Below, in pieces: positions 1-9,777 of a stretch of 64,000 nucleotides of DNA. The notes under the pieces are model-generated. The model was not told the origin of the DNA. It saw only the letters and a program-made list of their open reading frames with translations, and ran no database searches. How positions within the stretch are numbered: the stretch's first letter is position 1; every line of letters begins with the position of its first letter. The stretch covers positions 96,001 through 160,000 of the forward strand of contig CAXXWX010000013.1 of the NCBI GenBank assembly GCA_963675745.2, read 5' to 3'. This DNA is from Phycisphaerae bacterium (GTDB taxonomy: Bacteria > Planctomycetota > Phycisphaerae > UBA1845 > Fen-1342). The translations under genes and the position numbers were made by a program.

Positions 1-2103
1 GCTGTTGAAGCTGAAATGATGTGGTCCAAGCTCCTCAAAGCTCGTGCCGCACGACAGGCAAGCCAGTTTCTGGGAGAAGAGCATCTCTTGCTGCGGCGTT
101 TTGACTACAACCTGGCGTCGTGGCGGCCCATCATCCTCGTCTGCGGTTGGCTCGGCAGCGGTGGACACGGGGGGCTCGGCCGGCGGGGCACCTTCATCCG
201 GTTGCTCCTCCTCGTGAACGGTTTCGACGCTTTCGACCACCAGCGTCATCAAACCGTCGCCGAGAGTTAGAGCGTGTTCCAGGCTCTCGCTGATGCGCCC
301 GCGCGACTTGGCGCGTACGACCGCGCGATCGACCACGACCTCTACGCGGTGTTTCCGCCGCGCGTCGAGCAGGGCGGCTTCCGTGGTTCGCTGAACCACG
401 CCGTCAATGCGCACGCGTGTGTAACCCGACTGCTTCAGTCGATTGAACATGGTGGCGTAGGTTTCGCCGTCACCAAGCCCGACCGGGGCCAGCACGATGA
501 TGGGCGTCCCATCCCCAAGCGCCATCACGCGATCGCAGATCTCATCGACCGTCTGCGAGCCGATCGGCTGCTGGCACTGCGGACAGAACGGCGTGCCGAT
601 GCGGGCCCAGAGCACACGCATGTAGTCGTACACCTCGGTGACCGTTCCGACTGTGGAGCGCGGGCTTTTGCTGGCCGCTCTCTGCTCGATGCAGATTGCC
701 GGCGACAGCCCTTCGATGTGGTCAACGCGCGGCTTGGCCATCTGGCCGAGAAACTGTCGGGCATACGCCGACAGAGACTCGACATAACGCCGGTGCCCTT
801 CCGTGTACACGGTGTCGATGGCAAAGCTGGTTTTTCCCGAGCCGGAAACGCCGGTGCAGACGGTCATCTGATCGCGCGGAATGGCGACGCTGATGTCCTT
901 GAGATTGTGCTGTCGCGCGCCGCTCACCGTGATCGCGTTGCGCGTGCTTGCACAGGCGGCCGGTTTACGGCGGGCGGCACCGCGGCGCGCGCGTTTGGAA
1001 GGGCGACCGAGCACGTCGCGCAGCGCGGCACCGGTGTGGGACGCGTCGCAATCGGCGACCGCCTCGGGGGTGCCCTCCGCCACGATATACCCACCCTTTT
1101 CGCCACCTTCGGGGCCAAGGTCGATCACCCAATCCGCGGTCTTTATGACGTCGAGATTGTGTTCGATGACAATCACCGAGTTGCCGGTGTCCACAAAGCC
1201 GTGCAGCACGGCGAGGAGCCGGCGGATGTCGTCGAAGTGCAGGCCCGTGGTGGGTTCGTCGAGCACGTAGAGCGTCGCGCCGGTGGCGCGCTTGACAAGC
1301 TCGCGGGCCAGCTTGATGCGCTGCGCCTCGCCGCCCGACAGTGTCGTGCTGGCCTGTCCGAGCTTCACGTAGTCCAGGCCGACGTCGTGCAGCGTTTGCA
1401 GCATGCCGCGGATGCGCGGGATGTTCTCGAAGTGGTCGAGGGCCTCCTGCACGTCCATCTGGAGCACGTCGGCGATCGACTTGTTCCGGTACTGAATCTG
1501 CAACGTCTCACGGTTGAATCGTCTACCGGCACAGACCGGACATTCGACCCACACATCGGCGAGGAAGTCCATCTCGATCCGGCTGGCGCCGTTTCCCTCG
1601 CACGCTTCGCAGCGCCCGCCGCCCTTACGGTCCGACACATTGAAGCTGAAGCGTCCCGGGCGATAACCGCGCAGCTTGGCGTCGGGGAGCTTGGCGAACA
1701 GATCGCGTATCTCGCCAAAGAGCTTGATATATGTCGCCGGATTGCTGCGTGGAGTTCGACCGATCGGCGACTGGTCGATGGCGATGATCTTGTCCAGGTG
1801 TTCGAGCCCGTCGATGCCGTCGTGCGCTCCCGGCTCGCCGGTGGTGGCGAGGTTGAGCTTGCGGTGCAGGGCCTGATAGAGGATGTCGTTGACCAGCGAG
1901 CTCTTGCCGGAGCCGGACACGCCGGTGATGCAGGTGAACCGTGCGATCGGAAAGCCGACGTCGATATTCTTGAGATTATTGTGCCTGGCACCGCGCACGG
2001 TGAGCCACGGAACGCGTCCGCCATTGTGGCGTGACGTGTCAGCGCCGCGGGCTTGTCTCGCCCGCGCAGCGTCCCTGGTTCGTTTCTTTGCTGCCTTTGT
2101 CAC
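1..2103 (-). CDS. uvrA: UvrA-family excinuclease ABC subunit A with atypical module order; runs off the left edge
   Basis: Manual minus-strand translation (missing from the ORF track because there is no stop in the window): [47 protein letters not shown], then a second Walker [39 protein letters not shown] start at 2103 is a best guess. Confidence 0.92.
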   Translation of the reverse strand, partial: MTKAAKKRTRDAARARQARGADTSRHNGGRVPWLTVRGARHNNLKNIDVGFPIARFTCITGVSGSGKSSLVNDILYQALHRKLNLATTGEPGAHDGIDGLEHLDKIIAIDQSPIGRTPRSNPATYIKLFGEIRDLFAKLPDAKLRGYRPGRFSFNVSDRKGGGRCEACEGNGASRIEMDFLADVWVECPVCAGRRFNRETLQIQYRNKSIADVLQMDVQEALDHFENIPRIRGMLQTLHDVGLDYVKLGQASTTLSGGEAQRIKLARELVKRATGATLYVLDEPTTGLHFDDIRRLLAVLHGFVDTGNSVIVIEHNLDVIKTADWVIDLGPEGGEKGGYIVAEGTPEAVADCDASHTGAALRDVLGRPSKRARRGAARRKPAACASTRNAITVSGARQHNLKDISVAIPRDQMTVCTGVSGSGKTSFAIDTVYTEGHRRYVESLSAYARQFLGQMAKPRVDHIEGLSPAICIEQRAASKSPRSTVGTVTEVYDYMRVLWARIGTPFCPQCQQPIGSQTVDEICDRVMALGDGTPIIVLAPVGLGDGETYATMFNRLKQSGYTRVRIDGVVQRTTEAALLDARRKHRVEVVVDRAVVRAKSRGRISESLEHALTLGDGLMTLVVESVETVHEEEQPDEGAPPAEPPVSTAAEPTADEDDGPPRRQVVVKTPQQEMLFSQKLACLSCGTSFEELGPHHFSFNS

Positions 2104-2369
2104 AACCGATCGCACCGTCCGGCCCGCGTCGCCCTCGCGAATACCGCATAATAGCAGTGTGCGGTGCTGTAGAGCACGTCGCGCGCAGCGCGACACGCCG
2201 GTTTGGCCGGCTGGCTTTGCAACGCCGGACACGCTTGTTTGACCGCGCCCTTCGCCTGTGGTCGCCTGTCGGTCAGCACGCTGGTACAATCCACTATGGC
2301 GGCGTGGGCGATAATGGCTCACGGGGACGAAGACGGACACGCAATCTCGCAGAGGGAGCAGGCGATATC

Positions 2370-3314
2370 ATGAAACGAGCAAAGATCACAATCATCGGCG
2401 CCGGCAATGTGGGAGCCACCTGCGCTCACTGGGCGGCGTCCAAGGAACTAGGCGACATCGTGCTGGTCGATATTGTCGACGGAATGCCCCAGGGCAAAGC
2501 GCTGGACCTGTTCGAGGCATCGCCGATCGAAGGCTACGACAGCCGCATCATCGGCGCCAACGACTACGAACCCACCGCCGGAAGCGACATTGTAATCATC
2601 ACATCCGGCCTGCCGCGCAAGCCCGGCATGAGTCGTGATGAGCTGCTTGAGACGAACGTCAAGATCGTGGCCGAAGTCGCCGGCCAGGCGGCCCGGCACA
2701 GCCCGGACGCGGTGCTGATCATCGTCTCAAACCCGTTGGACGCGATGGTCTACACGGCGTGGCAGGTGTCGGGCTTCGAAACCAACAAGGTTGTCGGGCA
2801 GGCGGGTGTGCTGGATGTCGCCCGCTTCACGTCATTCATCGCCGAAGAGGTTGGCTGTAGCGTTGAGGACGTCAAGGCTCTGCTGATGGGCGGCCATGGC
2901 GATGATATGGTCCCACTACCACGCTTTACAACCGTCGGCGGTATCCCCGTCACGCAGCTCATTCCCGCCGGCAAGCTCGAAGAGATCGTCAAACGCGCCC
3001 GTAACGGCGGGGCCGAAATCGTCAGCCTGCTCAAGACCGGCAGCGCCTATTACGCGCCGGCCGCCGCCACCATCGCCATGGCCGAGTCCATTGTGCGTGA
3101 CAAAAAGCGCGTCTTGCCGTGCGCGGCGTACTGCGATGAGGAGTACGGCGTCGGTGGCTTCTTCGTCGGAACGCCATGCGTGCTCGGCAGCAGCGGCGTG
3201 GAGAAGGTGCTCGAAGTCGAGTTGGACGCCAAGGAAAAGGAAGCCTTCGCGCACAGCGTTGACCACGTCAAGCAACTCGTCGATGCGGCCAAAAAGGTGC
3301 TGGCCAAGAAATAG
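2370..3314 (+). CDS. mdh: Malate dehydrogenase (LDH-like)
   Basis: [47 protein letters not shown] 2370 follows GAGGGAG. Confidence 0.96.
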   Translation: MKRAKITIIGAGNVGATCAHWAASKELGDIVLVDIVDGMPQGKALDLFEASPIEGYDSRIIGANDYEPTAGSDIVIITSGLPRKPGMSRDELLETNVKIVAEVAGQAARHSPDAVLIIVSNPLDAMVYTAWQVSGFETNKVVGQAGVLDVARFTSFIAEEVGCSVEDVKALLMGGHGDDMVPLPRFTTVGGIPVTQLIPAGKLEEIVKRARNGGAEIVSLLKTGSAYYAPAAATIAMAESIVRDKKRVLPCAAYCDEEYGVGGFFVGTPCVLGSSGVEKVLEVELDAKEKEAFAHSVDHVKQLVDAAKKVLAKK

Positions 3315-3340
3315 GTCAGCCGCGCAGCTTCGTTCCGAAC

Positions 3341-3365
3341 GTAACGGCCGGCGCCTCGCCGGCCG
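3341..3365 (+). repeat. REP-like palindrome family A (GTAR-CGGCCGGCG-CCT-CGCCGGCCG)
   Basis: Same unit at 37471, 44065(-) and 53029(-); variants at 52974, 41623 and 17462. Confidence 0.85.
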
Positions 3366-3383
3366 TGCCTCGGATAGCAGGCC

Positions 3384-3477
3384 GTGTGCCACGGCTCTGT
3401 GAGCCGTGCGGTTCGCGTTGGAGAAGCACTGCTCAAGAGCAGTGGCACACGCCGGACTGTTTCCGAAAATGCGCTAA
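3384..3477. repeat. Family B BIME/MITE-like element
   Basis: GTGTGC-CACGGCTC-TGT-GAGCCGTG facing CACTGCTC-AA-GAGCAGTG-GCACAC, plus tail CGGACTGTTTCCG; other copies at 30801 and 41692-41853. Confidence 0.85.
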
Positions 3478-4307
3478 CCCGGAATCTGGTACGTGAATGT
3501 CTCTGTGTTGTTCCAGATGACATTGGCGCGATGTGTGGTGGGGGACGACGAATCAAACTCGACCTCGAGCCGGGTCGAGTTGCTCATCCAAAACGACAGT
3601 TGGCCCGCCTGCGGGATGAATTCCGGATTACCGCTCGGGTCGATCACAATGTCGGTCGTGCCATCGTCGCCGGGGTGAATTACCTCGACGTCAAAATCAA
3701 GCGGGCTGAAGCGCCACACGCCGTTGGCGATCGTCAGCAGGCTGTTACGCTCATACGCGACCGTGACCACGCCGACCGCTATGCCCCGGTCCAGAGTGTT
3801 GATCTCCAGCGCGCCGGCGAGTTCCAGCACATCGGCTTCGGTAAACGCGTATCCCAGCGTCGCGCCACCGACAACCTGGTGGCCGTCGATTGTGAAGCTG
3901 TCGAAGTGGATGGTCCCGGTGCGGGAAGATTCGTCGAATTGATAGGTCACCCGGCCACTGACCGGCAGACGTCCCAGCGCGTCACTCACGCAATCGGTGT
4001 TTCCATAGTCCAGAACGACGGCGGTCAAGCCATCCATCACATCGACGCTGACCGATGGGCAGCTTGCGGCGGCGGGGGCGACATCCGCCGCGCTCGCCTC
4101 AATCCCGGACAAGACACCGTGCAAGCCGCCCAATACGCGCGCGAGCGCCTGAAATTGCCGCATGGCCTGATCGAGTGCGGCCACCTCATCCTCAGAGAGC
4201 GACGTCTTTGGCTCGAGCGTGAATCGCAACCCCGGGCAGCCGGCTGACATCGAAATCACGGCAATCGACACGCCACACACGCACAGCATACGCAAACTGA
4301 AGGACAT
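3474..4307 (-). CDS. Hypothetical lipoprotein
   Basis: Hydrophobic signal ending SAGC, beta-rich body; ATG 4307 chosen. Confidence 0.7.
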   Translation of the reverse strand: MSFSLRMLCVCGVSIAVISMSAGCPGLRFTLEPKTSLSEDEVAALDQAMRQFQALARVLGGLHGVLSGIEASAADVAPAAASCPSVSVDVMDGLTAVVLDYGNTDCVSDALGRLPVSGRVTYQFDESSRTGTIHFDSFTIDGHQVVGGATLGYAFTEADVLELAGALEINTLDRGIAVGVVTVAYERNSLLTIANGVWRFSPLDFDVEVIHPGDDGTTDIVIDPSGNPEFIPQAGQLSFWMSNSTRLEVEFDSSSPTTHRANVIWNNTETFTYQIPG

Positions 4308-4336
4308 GGGAGGAGGTTCCTGTCTGATCCGGATCG

Positions 4337-5773
4337 CTATCGACTCAACTCGATCACTCGTTCGTATTTCTGATGGAAAAAACCGATCCACTCACGCTTA
4401 AGCCCACGAATCCGCCGGTCGGTGGCAGAGCCGGCCTCTCCGCCCTGCGCGAGCACCTTGGCCAACTCCAGCCCTTCCGCCTCGCTGAACGGCAGCTTGC
4501 GCCATTCCTCCCAGGCGGCAACTCGGCTGTCACCAGCACGGACAAGAGCCTGCCAAGCCTGCACCAGATCATCATGTTGATCAACCAGTGCCGCTCCCAT
4601 CAATTCCGCCACCAGCCGCGTGCGCGCGTTTTGCAGTCTGTCATCGATTTTCAGGTACGTCGTGCCGGCGCGCTCGTAGGGGTTCGTGGCCATCAGCTTG
4701 TCGCCGTACTTCTCATAGACGTCCGGCCGAATGGGCATGCGGAAGAGCGCGTGTTTGATGGGGCCGTGCTCTTCCCCCGGCGGCAGCGCCCACAGCGCCT
4801 GCCCCGCCGAACTCAGCACGAACTCGACAAACTTCCTGGCAAGCGCGGGGTGGGGCGGGTTGCGCAGAATGGAAATCGGGTCGGGTGTGATCGCGGTCCC
4901 GCCGGCCGGATTGACGTACTCCAGCACACCGGCGTCATTGTCGTGGATGCGTGCGCGGGCATAGAAGTCGATGCACGGCCCGGCGAGGACGTTTCCCAGC
5001 GCGACCTCGTTGGGTATCTGGCTTGCCGAAGCGGATACCTGCCGGGCGTTGGCCGCCATCTGCATGAGCAGGGGCCAGCCGGCTTCCCAGCCGTATTGCT
5101 GGAGGACCAGTTCATATGCGACGCCGACGCTTGATGACTTACGCGGATCGGCGATGATCACCCAGGTGCTCATGCGGGGGTCGGCCAGATCCTGCCACGA
5201 TTCGATCGGTGGGAACTTCTGATTGTCCAACCCCTTCTTGCAGACAACGATTCCAAATGCCGACAGGGCCGATCCATACCACATGCCGTTGGCATCCAGG
5301 TTGGCGACGCCGGCGATTTCCGGCGGTATTGCGGCTCGCGTTTCCGCCGGGAGGTCGATCTTCTCGAGGTAGCCCTTGGCGGCGGCCTCGTCGTGGTCCG
5401 GCACCCCGCCGCCAAAGAATATGTCAAATCCGAACGACTGACCTTCCACCGCCGTCGCATCCAGCACGCGCATCAGTTGGCGCGTGCCCTGTTTGATCCA
5501 GCGGATTCGCAGCGTGCGGCCCATGTACTTGCTGAACGCTTGCTCGAATTCCAGTTGGATCTGGTCGTTGTGTGGTGTGAGAATCGCCAGATCCCAGTCA
5601 TCGGCGTCGCCAGCCGGCTGCGACGCGGCACCCGGTTGCTCAAGGCCGGTGCTCGTTGGCCCGGCGCCGGCTGTAGGCCGCTCCCGCTCACCACCGCACC
5701 CGAATTGGGGTAACAAGGTGGCCGCGACCAGGCATGTCACGATCAGACCACGAGTCATCTCAGACATCCTCAT
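4337..5773 (-). CDS. ABC transporter substrate-binding lipoprotein (Fe3+/PgtC-like SBP family)
   Basis: Lipobox FGC, DIFFGGG, SWQDLADP, DPRKSSS, AITPDPISIL..P.LARKFVEFVLS..GQ. Confidence 0.85.
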   Translation of the reverse strand: MRMSEMTRGLIVTCLVAATLLPQFGCGGERERPTAGAGPTSTGLEQPGAASQPAGDADDWDLAILTPHNDQIQLEFEQAFSKYMGRTLRIRWIKQGTRQLMRVLDATAVEGQSFGFDIFFGGGVPDHDEAAAKGYLEKIDLPAETRAAIPPEIAGVANLDANGMWYGSALSAFGIVVCKKGLDNQKFPPIESWQDLADPRMSTWVIIADPRKSSSVGVAYELVLQQYGWEAGWPLLMQMAANARQVSASASQIPNEVALGNVLAGPCIDFYARARIHDNDAGVLEYVNPAGGTAITPDPISILRNPPHPALARKFVEFVLSSAGQALWALPPGEEHGPIKHALFRMPIRPDVYEKYGDKLMATNPYERAGTTYLKIDDRLQNARTRLVAELMGAALVDQHDDLVQAWQALVRAGDSRVAAWEEWRKLPFSEAEGLELAKVLAQGGEAGSATDRRIRGLKREWIGFFHQKYERVIELSR

Positions 5774-5840
5774 AACAGTAGCCGCCGGGCCGCATTTGTC
5801 GCCCCGGCTTGACCGCGATGGTGCCACCCCTTCGGTCCGG

Positions 5841-6902
5841 TCACTCCCGCAGGATCACGATTTCACGTGTGTCGACCGCACAGCGGACGGCACATCCCGG
5901 CTGGAGCTCCTCGACACCCTCGTGTTCGGTCACACGCGCACGCAGTCTAACGTCATTGACCGCCAGCGTCAGTTGTGTGGCTTCGCCAAGGTATACGCGC
6001 TCGACGATATGCGCGTTGAACTGGTTTGCGGCGTTGTCATCGGCGGGTACGATCACCGCCTCCGGGCGTATTGAAACCGCGCACCGGCCCGACTCGGGCG
6101 CGGCCGGGGCGTTCGCCGCGAGCAGGCCCAGCGAGGTGCTGATCACCCGCTCCGCCCCGTTGGCCGCATCAATGCTGGCGTCCAGAAGATTCGTCTCACC
6201 CAGGAAGTCAGCGATTTCAGAGCCATTCGGCCGGCGGTATAGCTCGCGCGGCGGGCCGATCTGGCTCACTTGCCCGCGAAACATGACCGCCATCCGATCC
6301 GCGACCGACATCGCTTCCTTCTGATCGTGCGTGACGTAAATGGCTGTCAGTCCGAACTGTTTGCACAGACGCCGAATCTCCGTGCGCATGTCCAGCCGCA
6401 GCTTGGCGTCAAGATTGCTCAGCGGCTCATCCAGCAGCAGGCATTGCGGGCGGACAACCAGTGCGCGCGCCAGCGCGACTCGCTGCTGTTGTCCGCCGGA
6501 TAGCTGGTTTGGCTTACGCCGGGCATAACCACCCATCTTGATCAGATCGAGTGCCTCGGCGGCGCGGCGCCGGCACTCCGCGCGGCCTAATCCACGCACC
6601 TTGAGCCCGAAGGCAACATTGCCCTCAACCGTCATGTGCGGCCAGAGCGCATAGCTCTGGAACACCATGCCGGTGTCCCGTTTTTGCGGCGGCAGACTGG
6701 TGACATCCCGATCGGCGAAGTGGATGCTCCCCGCGCTGGGAACGCACAAGCCGGCGATGCAGCGCAGCAATGTAGTCTTGCCACACCCGGACGGGCCGAG
6801 AAGGAAAAACAGCTCGCCTTTCTCGATGCTCAGACAGATGCCGTCGAGCGCCCGGACGTCGCCGAAATCTTTGGTCAGGCCTTTGATCGTGACGGGGATC
6901 AT
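5841..6902 (-). CDS. ABC transporter ATP-binding protein (PotA/FbpC-like, C-terminal TOBE)
   Basis: GPSGCGKT, VFQSYALWPH, LSGGQQQR, LLLDEP, YVTHDQ. Confidence 0.95.
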   Translation of the reverse strand: MIPVTIKGLTKDFGDVRALDGICLSIEKGELFFLLGPSGCGKTTLLRCIAGLCVPSAGSIHFADRDVTSLPPQKRDTGMVFQSYALWPHMTVEGNVAFGLKVRGLGRAECRRRAAEALDLIKMGGYARRKPNQLSGGQQQRVALARALVVRPQCLLLDEPLSNLDAKLRLDMRTEIRRLCKQFGLTAIYVTHDQKEAMSVADRMAVMFRGQVSQIGPPRELYRRPNGSEIADFLGETNLLDASIDAANGAERVISTSLGLLAANAPAAPESGRCAVSIRPEAVIVPADDNAANQFNAHIVERVYLGEATQLTLAVNDVRLRARVTEHEGVEELQPGCAVRCAVDTREIVILRE

Positions 6903-7019
6903 ATGTGACAGGGCCGAGGACTCGAGGATTCAAGGACGACGGGGCTCATGGTGTTCCGCCAACTCGCGGTTGTGAATCAACGCGCGCCACCATCACACAG
7001 AGCGCGGATTCTGAGAGAC

Positions 7020-8372
7020 TTATCTCGCCCACAACCGTACGATCGCCTCTGCCCCACGGTTGAGGTCGGGCAAACGCACCTTTTCGTTCGGCCCGTGTGC
7101 GTTGCACTGCGGGCTGGCAAAGCCGAGCATCAGGCTATCGACGCCCAGCAGTTTCTTGAACATCGGCAGTATGGGCAACGAGCCGCCTTCGCGTATCAGG
7201 GCGACGTCGCGGCCGAACGCGTCCCGCAGCGCCTCAATCGCCGCTGCCATCGGGGCGCTATCCAGTGGTGCCATGTAAGCGTCGGCATGGCCGTGGTGGA
7301 TCAGTTCGAGTTTGACACTGTCCGGGCAACGGGCGCGGATCGCGTCGTCGAATAAGGCCCCAAGCGTTTCCGCGTCCTGGTTGGGCACCAGTCGCATGCT
7401 GACCTTGGCGCCCGCGCTGGCGGGGATAATCGTGTTGGCGCCGTTGCCCATGAACCCGCCGAACACACCGTTGATGTCAAGCGTCGGCCTGATCCATCGA
7501 CGTTCATTAGTGCTGTAACCTCTCTCGCCGACGGTTTCAGGGACACCGATGTCCTCGAGATAGGCTGATTCATCGAACGGCAGGCTCTGTAGTTGGCGGC
7601 GTTCGTCATCAGAGGCCTCAATCACGTCATCATAAAAGCCCGGGATCGTCACGCGGCCGTCCGCATCGTGGAGCGATGCGATCAAGTCCGCGAGCACGTG
7701 GGCCGGGTTGGCGATTGTGCCGCCGAACGAACCGCTGTGCAGGTCATGCTTGGGGCCTGCCAGGCGGATCTCCTTATATAGCAGGCCGCGCGTGCCATAC
7801 GTGATCGTCGGCCAGCCGTCCTCGTACATGCCGGTGTCGGAGATAAGTATGTGATCGCAGGCCAGCAGTTGCTTATGTTCGTCGATAAACGTGGCCAGGT
7901 TGGGCGAGCCGATCTCCTCCTCGCCCTCGATAAGTACCTTGAGGTTGATGGGCAGCTCTTTGGCCGTGGCCAGCCACGCCGCCGCCGCGCGCAGGTAGAT
8001 CAGAACCTGTCCCTTGTTGTCGGCGGCTCCACGCGCGATCATCCACTCATCGGTGATCACCGGTTCAAACGGATCGGCGTCCCACAGGTCTCGGTTGCCG
8101 ACCGGCTGGACGTCGTAGTGACCATAAACCAGGTACGTGGGCTTATCTTCATCCGTGATGCGTTCGGCGTAGACGGCCGGATGACCGCCGGTATCGTGGA
8201 CTTCCGCTACCAGCCCGATGTCCGTGCAGAGGCTCTTCAGCCAGTTTGCGGCGTCCACCAGATCCTGCTTGTGCTCCGTCAGCGTGCTGACAGTCTGGAA
8301 TCTCACAAGCTTCTTGGCCCACTCGAGGTGTTCGGCCTGATGGTCATTCAGATACTCGATCACATGGTCCAC
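7020..8372 (-). CDS. M20 family metallo-dipeptidase
   Basis: YGHYDVQP, ARGAADNKG, EGEEEIGS, HSGSFGG, AHGPNE. Confidence 0.93.
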   Translation of the reverse strand: MDHVIEYLNDHQAEHLEWAKKLVRFQTVSTLTEHKQDLVDAANWLKSLCTDIGLVAEVHDTGGHPAVYAERITDEDKPTYLVYGHYDVQPVGNRDLWDADPFEPVITDEWMIARGAADNKGQVLIYLRAAAAWLATAKELPINLKVLIEGEEEIGSPNLATFIDEHKQLLACDHILISDTGMYEDGWPTITYGTRGLLYKEIRLAGPKHDLHSGSFGGTIANPAHVLADLIASLHDADGRVTIPGFYDDVIEASDDERRQLQSLPFDESAYLEDIGVPETVGERGYSTNERRWIRPTLDINGVFGGFMGNGANTIIPASAGAKVSMRLVPNQDAETLGALFDDAIRARCPDSVKLELIHHGHADAYMAPLDSAPMAAAIEALRDAFGRDVALIREGGSLPILPMFKKLLGVDSLMLGFASPQCNAHGPNEKVRLPDLNRGAEAIVRLWAR

Positions 8373-8632
8373 GCGGCATACTCCTGGAAAAGGATGATCC
8401 GTCGATTGATCTAACGGGTTTCTTCGTACGGCGGATTGCGCGTGCTGACGGCCGCCCGCGCGAATGCGGATTGTAACGCATCCGCCGCGCCCGGTCTTTT
8501 CCCGTCGGATGGTGCAGTGGTGTGGGGCAGGTAGTGTAGGCTAGGTCGTTCGCGGCGAGACCTGCCGTCGCGAGATGACTCTCACCCGTGGGCGATTGCT
8601 CACACAATGGTAATGGCGGCGTATGTGCGTAT

Positions 8633-8829
8633 AAAAAAACGGAGTTGGAACCTCTCCTGGCGACCGCCGGGCTGAGTAGCCGCCAAGGAACCGTTGGTTC
8701 CAACTCCCAGGGACCATCCGGGGAGCGAATCCGGAAGGTCTAACACCACCTATCTCCCCGCAGGCACAACACCTCGGGAACATGCGAGGCTCCCCGCTCG
8801 CACGCGCCCGCCACGGGCGTTAGGCATTA
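8633..8829 (-). ncRNA. Candidate sigma54-dependent small RNA (~200 nt)
   Basis: Four hairpins; the last has a 12-bp perfect outer stem (8641-8652/8696-8707) followed by T7 on the minus strand; sigma54 consensus directly upstream; no credible ORF. Confidence 0.55.
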
Positions 8830-8839
8830 GACATAATCA

Positions 8840-8855
8840 AGCAATTGCTGCGCCA
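8840..8855 (-). promoter_or_regulatory. Sigma54 -24/-12 promoter
   Basis: Minus strand TGGCGC-AGCAA-TTGCT, with exact GG-N10-GC spacing. Confidence 0.65.
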
Positions 8856-9072
8856 CGCAGGCCCAACGACGCGGATAATTCGCGATAGTCACTGTAAGTT
8901 GCGCTATCATCAAACGTTATGGGAAGTGGCATTCATGGGCGTGTCTGGGTTGGGCTCGCTGGTGGGTACTCATTGCCCATTAATGTGGTAAATCAATCGA
9001 AGAGACTACCCACCCAGGTACGGGGCTGCCGTGTTGCGCGCCGGCGATTCTTCTTGGTGCCGGCTGGCACGC

Positions 9073-9438
9073 TTACTCGGGCTGCGGGGCGGGGTCGTGT
9101 GTCTGGATCGCGTCATCCAGCGTCAGATCGGCGAGCTCCGGCAGATACACCCAGGTGTGGTCCGCGGTCCGCTCATACCAACCCGCAACGCCGTACCAAC
9201 CGGTATCGTCATCGGTGATAACGGTCCACACGCCCACATCGGAGCGAGATTGCGGGAGTTCGTAATAGGCCAGGCCAGCATCCAGCGACTCGACCCAATA
9301 CACGCCCGGCGTGACCGGCTTGGCACTTGGCTTGTCATCCAGCTCAACGGCCAGCTCGCACGGGCATCCGCCAGACATGATCGTGACCGCCAGCAGGGCG
9401 GCGCTCAGGCCTGACATGTAGCGGTTGCCATGTTGCAC
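9073..9438 (-). CDS. Small hypothetical lipoprotein
   Basis: Signal ending SGGC, Trp/Tyr-rich mature part; CAGGAG upstream. Confidence 0.6.
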   Translation of the reverse strand: MQHGNRYMSGLSAALLAVTIMSGGCPCELAVELDDKPSAKPVTPGVYWVESLDAGLAYYELPQSRSDVGVWTVITDDDTGWYGVAGWYERTADHTWVYLPELADLTLDDAIQTHDPAPQPE

Positions 9439-9777
9439 ACCTGACTCCTGAGACGGGTGCTCGACCCGCGCGGCGACTGTTCGCCAATTATATGCCTCTC
9501 TGTCCGTGGCACCTAGCCTCGGTTACGTATCCGCACGGCGATGCCAACGCACTTGACCATGACGTACACGCTCTGGCCTGCGCGCGATGTGTTATGGGGC
9601 GCCGGCCGCCCACCGGCCGCTCGGCCGACGCACATTCACTGATGGCCCGAAAATGTGCGCCGCAAAGGCGCCTCAGCAGGCCCCGGAGTTGAGCAGCGCC
9701 ACGCGGCCCGGTAGATTAGCGCCGTCCGGTCCGCAGCGGGCGCTGATACATCGAAATCCGAAGCAAGGTGACATGAC

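Noticed and set aside
274..2034. 586-aa plus-strand ORF
   Set aside because: Antisense shadow of uvrA; the recognisable motifs are on the minus strand.
8641..8707. SRP RNA or 6S RNA identity for the long hairpin
   Set aside because: Lacks the SRP domain IV CAGG..GNRA..AGCAG motif and is too short for a 6S rod.
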